Assembly (NCBI GenBank): GCA_964234715.1
Contig: OZ174277.1
Reading direction: 5' to 3' (one strand)
DNA: 64,000 nucleotides
From: Podarcis melisellensis
Lineage: Eukaryota
Both the position numbers and the translations under genes were made by a program. Shown in pieces: positions 60,061-64,000 of this stretch. How positions within the stretch are numbered: the first letter of the stretch is position 1; each line of letters begins with the position of its first letter. The notes below the pieces were generated by a model. That model had not been told where the DNA came from and made no database searches. It worked only from the letters and a program-made list of their open reading frames with translations.

Positions 60061-61733
60061 AACTTAAACCTGCATTCATCATTGAAAAGGGCTCCAGTCA
60101 ACGAGACTACATCAGGTTCAAAAGGGCCATATGAATCACTCTGCCTTCAGGAGCAACTTGCTCTTTTTACTATTAAGGAATGTTCCAAAATATCCTTATC
60201 TCATCCTGCCTATAACCCTGTGATGTCAGCCAGGCTACGCAAGCAACCGTGGTTTGCATAAGCAGAGATTTCCATCTGGTTTTCCAAACCTAACTCTAGC
60301 GACTGCATGACGCTGGCCAAGGAAAAGCATCAAGCTGAGTTGTTATGTTTTTTTTATTTTCACTCTGGGTGAATTAACCAGGAATGAATCACTTTCCATT
60401 TTTGTTTCTATAATAATTAATGTAGATTAGAGCAACCACTCCAAGTTTTAAGATCACTTTCAAGTCATTGTTTTTAAAATGTATGTTCAAGGAGGCAATT
60501 GAATATAAAAGCATGTGTGCACAGGTTTTGTTTATATCTCCCCGCTGTTTATTTTTTAACAAATATCTTGTCAGCGAGAACAGGATTTTTAAAAAAACTC
60601 AGAGGGTATTCTCAAAAGGACTTATCACGGATTAGTTAGTCTTTAACATGCTTTACAGCCATCTGTTCCCACAAAGTGTGCCAGTAGAGTTCCTCTCCTC
60701 AGCTCTTATAAAGGGTGCTTAAAGCAAGGAGTGAGCTTTCTAAGCCATGTACTTTTTCCTCACAAAGAGATAAAAAGTCAGAATTTTGAGGCATGCTGTA
60801 TATTAAATGCTATGTATTTTGTAGCATTTGAATAGGAGTGTTTCCAGTTGTGGGTACATGGATTAGGAAACAATTGGGAGGCTGCTTTTTTCTGACTTTG
60901 AAAATAGAAAGGGATGGTGACTCGCTGCTAGTTACTGAGATGAGGTGTGTGAACCTCTGAAGATTTTAGAGCGGGGTCGCCAACGTAGTGCCCTCCAAAT
61001 ATTTTGGACTTGAACTCCCATAATCCCTGACCATTGGCCTTGCTCGCTGGGGCTGATGGGAGTTGGAGTCCCCTGTTCTAAAGCCCAGCTGGGGAACCTG
61101 TGGGCTTCCAGATGTTGATGGACTTCACCAGTCCCTGCCAGCATGCCCAATGGTCAATAAGATGTAGCTCAGCAACATCCAGAGGGTCACAGGTTTCCCA
61201 CTGCTGCTCTAAAGCCTCATATACATACTAAGAACTGCTACAGAATCCAACCTATCACAGAGATCAGGGGAGCTGATCCCTAATACGTTTCAGAAGTATG
61301 ATGAAAGTTTCTTGCTGCTTTGCTTTAAAATATACAAAAGGAATTCATCCGATACTCAAGCAGTCTTCTTAAATTGCATGGGTTACACCTGCTGCTCAGA
61401 GAGGTCATTTTTTTTGCCAGTACCACACATGCATGCATGCAGCGGAAAGGAGTAGCCAAACCATTTTTCTTGGCACATGTTGTTGGCCACATGGATATTT
61501 TCCAAACTTTATTAATACAGGTAAGATGTTTTCCCAAAATAAATTTGTAAAGAAAACAATGAATGCACCCATAAGAAAAATGCAAAGCCTGAAGCTTGCA
61601 CACACACACCACCAGATTTTGATGATTGCTAGGAATTTCTAAACGAAGAGGTATAGGACCACTTAACTAAATAATAAGGCTGTCTGCATTGTGGTGGTGA
61701 TGAGGTGCAATACACTCCTCCATACACACAACC

Positions 61734-62200
61734 AGCCAGTGTGGTATACAGTGGTACCTCGGGTTAAGAACTTAATTCATTCTGGAGGTCCGTTGTTAAC
61801 CTGAAACTGTTCTTAACCTGAGGTACCACTTTAGCTAATGGAACCTCCCACTGCCACCACCATGCAATTTCTGTTCTCATCCTAAAGCAAAGTTCTTAAC
61901 CCGAGGTACTATTTCTGAGTTAGTGGAGTCTGTAAGCTGAAGCATCTGTAACCTGAAGGGTATGTAACCCGAGGTACCACTGTAATGGTTAGAGTGCAAG
62001 ACTAGGACCTGGGAGACCAGGGTTCAAATCCACACTCAGCCATGAAGCTCACTGGATGACCTTGGGCCAGTCACTCACACTTAGCTTATCCTACCTCCAC
62101 AAGGTTGTTGTGATAATTAAATTTGGAGGAGGAGAACTATGTCCAGCACAATAAGCTCCTTGGAAGAAAGATGGGATATAAATGCAATCAAAAATAAATC
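61734..62200 (+). mobile_element. tRNA-derived SINE (Squam3-like) split in its A box by a MITE
   Basis: AGCCAGTGTGGTA[MITE]TAATGGTTAGAGTG...GGTTCAAATCC...AAATAAAT. Confidence 0.8.
61749..61982. mobile_element. Tc1/mariner MITE (CAGTGGTACCTC family)
   Basis: Perfect TIRs; TA TSD at 61747-48 and 61983-84. Confidence 0.92.
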
Positions 62201-64000
62201 GCATGTAACATGAAAGCTCTGTACATTCCATCATTTTCCCACTCCTGTAATAAACAAGCCATTCATGTCTGCCATCAAAATACATCTGCTTTCAAGAAAT
62301 AAAATTCCTGCCGCTTTCAAAATGCCACATTGATTCCCAAAACATGCAACAATAATGAGTTCACTCAACAGCTTCCTGTTAAGGAAGAGACATGCAAAAT
62401 CAAAGATTGCATGAATCAATGATCACAGCTCTCTGACTTAGAAAAGAGACAATCTTGAAAGGTGCTTCAGAAAACGGGAATGGGAGAGTAAGTTTAAATA
62501 AAGTACAAGGTTGGGCAGACCCACAAGAAATGTTTAACATTCCAGACTCTCCACAAAGGGCAGGTCAAGGAAAAGGGAATGAGTAGTTAGGATAGAGCAC
62601 ATGCCACAGATATTTTAAAAGTGCTGTTGAGCACAGTCCATCTGATCACACTGTAAACAGCCACAAGAAATAGAATGAGATTGGTTTAGAATGTGGTGAA
62701 CACTTTGGGTAAGTGCACATTGGCAAGACTGGATCAAACAATGGAAGGCAAGGAAGTTGAAATAACAGATGTTTGTTGAATACACAGTCTCAGATAGCAG
62801 GGAAAGCTGTGTGTGTCCTCCTGATCTCCAGATGTTTCAAAAATGACTAGCTTTCATTCCAGGTGAAATTCAGTCAAAACAAGAAACATGGGTTTATCAT
62901 CATGTGCAGTTGTATGCACAGATCCTGAAATGAATTGGTTTTAAAAACTGAATAAAACAGCAATATATTTTGTACCCGATTTATTATGGATTACATTTTG
63001 CTAGTAACCAACCCAGCTAAAGCTGGACACCCTGAATGTACAGATGCTGCCTCACTTCAAATCAAGTTCTCCCAAAATTTCATAAGAATAGCAATGGGAG
63101 CCAGATGCTCTCTTGGACCTCACAGGCAGGGAAGTATTGACCATTCAAGACTAGTCTGCACTTTTGCCAAGTATCATAGCTCTATCACCATCACACATAT
63201 ATAATAGCCAATTTCTGGGCTCTGTCTCTTTGTCACATGCTGGCATGACAGGAGGACTGTGTGTTGCTCACCTACAAATCTAAAGTCACAACAAGCCAAT
63301 AGCTGTGCTGATATATACATATACAAATGCACATGCATTTAAAGAGAGAGCAATAGAGGTAACCGCTCTCAAAGAGTGATAAATCATTAATACATGTTAG
63401 GACATTAGACAGGAAAAAGCAAATTACCAGGAATGACAGCTGGTTACAGATGAGGCTGCTTTGATCTTTGCAGAAATGGTTATTAACTCACAGGGTCAGC
63501 TGCCAGACGTCTTTTGGCGACTGTGCCCACTCAGCCACCCACATAATAAATGGCCATTAAGCCACTTTGCTTACTAACCCTATTGGAAGAAACGTTCAAA
63601 AGAAATTTAAGTTCAAAGCAGCCTTCTGTTCCATTGAAGTCACTGACAAGCTTCTTCAAGTTAATGGAGGCAGAAATGCTGGTTTTGAACCAGTTCAACA
63701 CGCCTCACTTCTGTCCACACTGCAGAACAAAGTGATCTGTCAAATGTCTTGGGAAGCATCTTTATGCCAACTGCATTGCTTACACCAACACAATGGTTAT
63801 TGCAGGCCGGCAGACTAAAACGGAAGGAAGGGTTTGAGCCCAACACTGCTATATCCAACAGCAAAATCAATGCAAAGTAAATATGAAAATGTAAAATTCA
63901 CTTTCCCTCAGCTGGAGGGGGAAAAAACTACTACTGTCAAATGAATATGCATACTATAAGATAAGGGCTTCCCAAATTGTGGTCCATGGGTCAATTCAGG

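Overview
This is vertebrate nuclear DNA, almost certainly squamate and probably a lacertid lizard. That assignment is inferred from the repeat content: Sauria SINEs, Squam-type tRNA SINEs, Bov-B, CR1 and L2 LINEs, hAT/Tc1/Harbinger-like MITEs and Penelope-like remnants. No host protein-coding exon is recognisable. A CpG island at about 23.85-24.9 kb looks like a bidirectional promoter. Its minus-strand transcript appears to start with non-coding exons (donor at 24211, candidate exon 17073-17192 and weaker candidates further left). Two observations stand out. First, a Penelope-like insertion at 18880-19499 has a 15-bp TSD and contains six head-to-tail 79-bp units plus one fold-back inverted unit. 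Every unit carries an intact minimal type I hammerhead ribozyme motif, making this a candidate ultra-small retrozyme/circRNA generator, in sense orientation inside the putative first intron. Second, a young solo LTR (53477-54074) has a U3 region that is one intact 129-codon ORF ending in an HMGN-like RRSARL motif. An older LTR-like element at about 38.2-38.9 kb shows the same architecture decayed by CpG mutation. Several perfect palindromes and nested insertions are also present. All family names come from recognition of the sequence, not from database searches.
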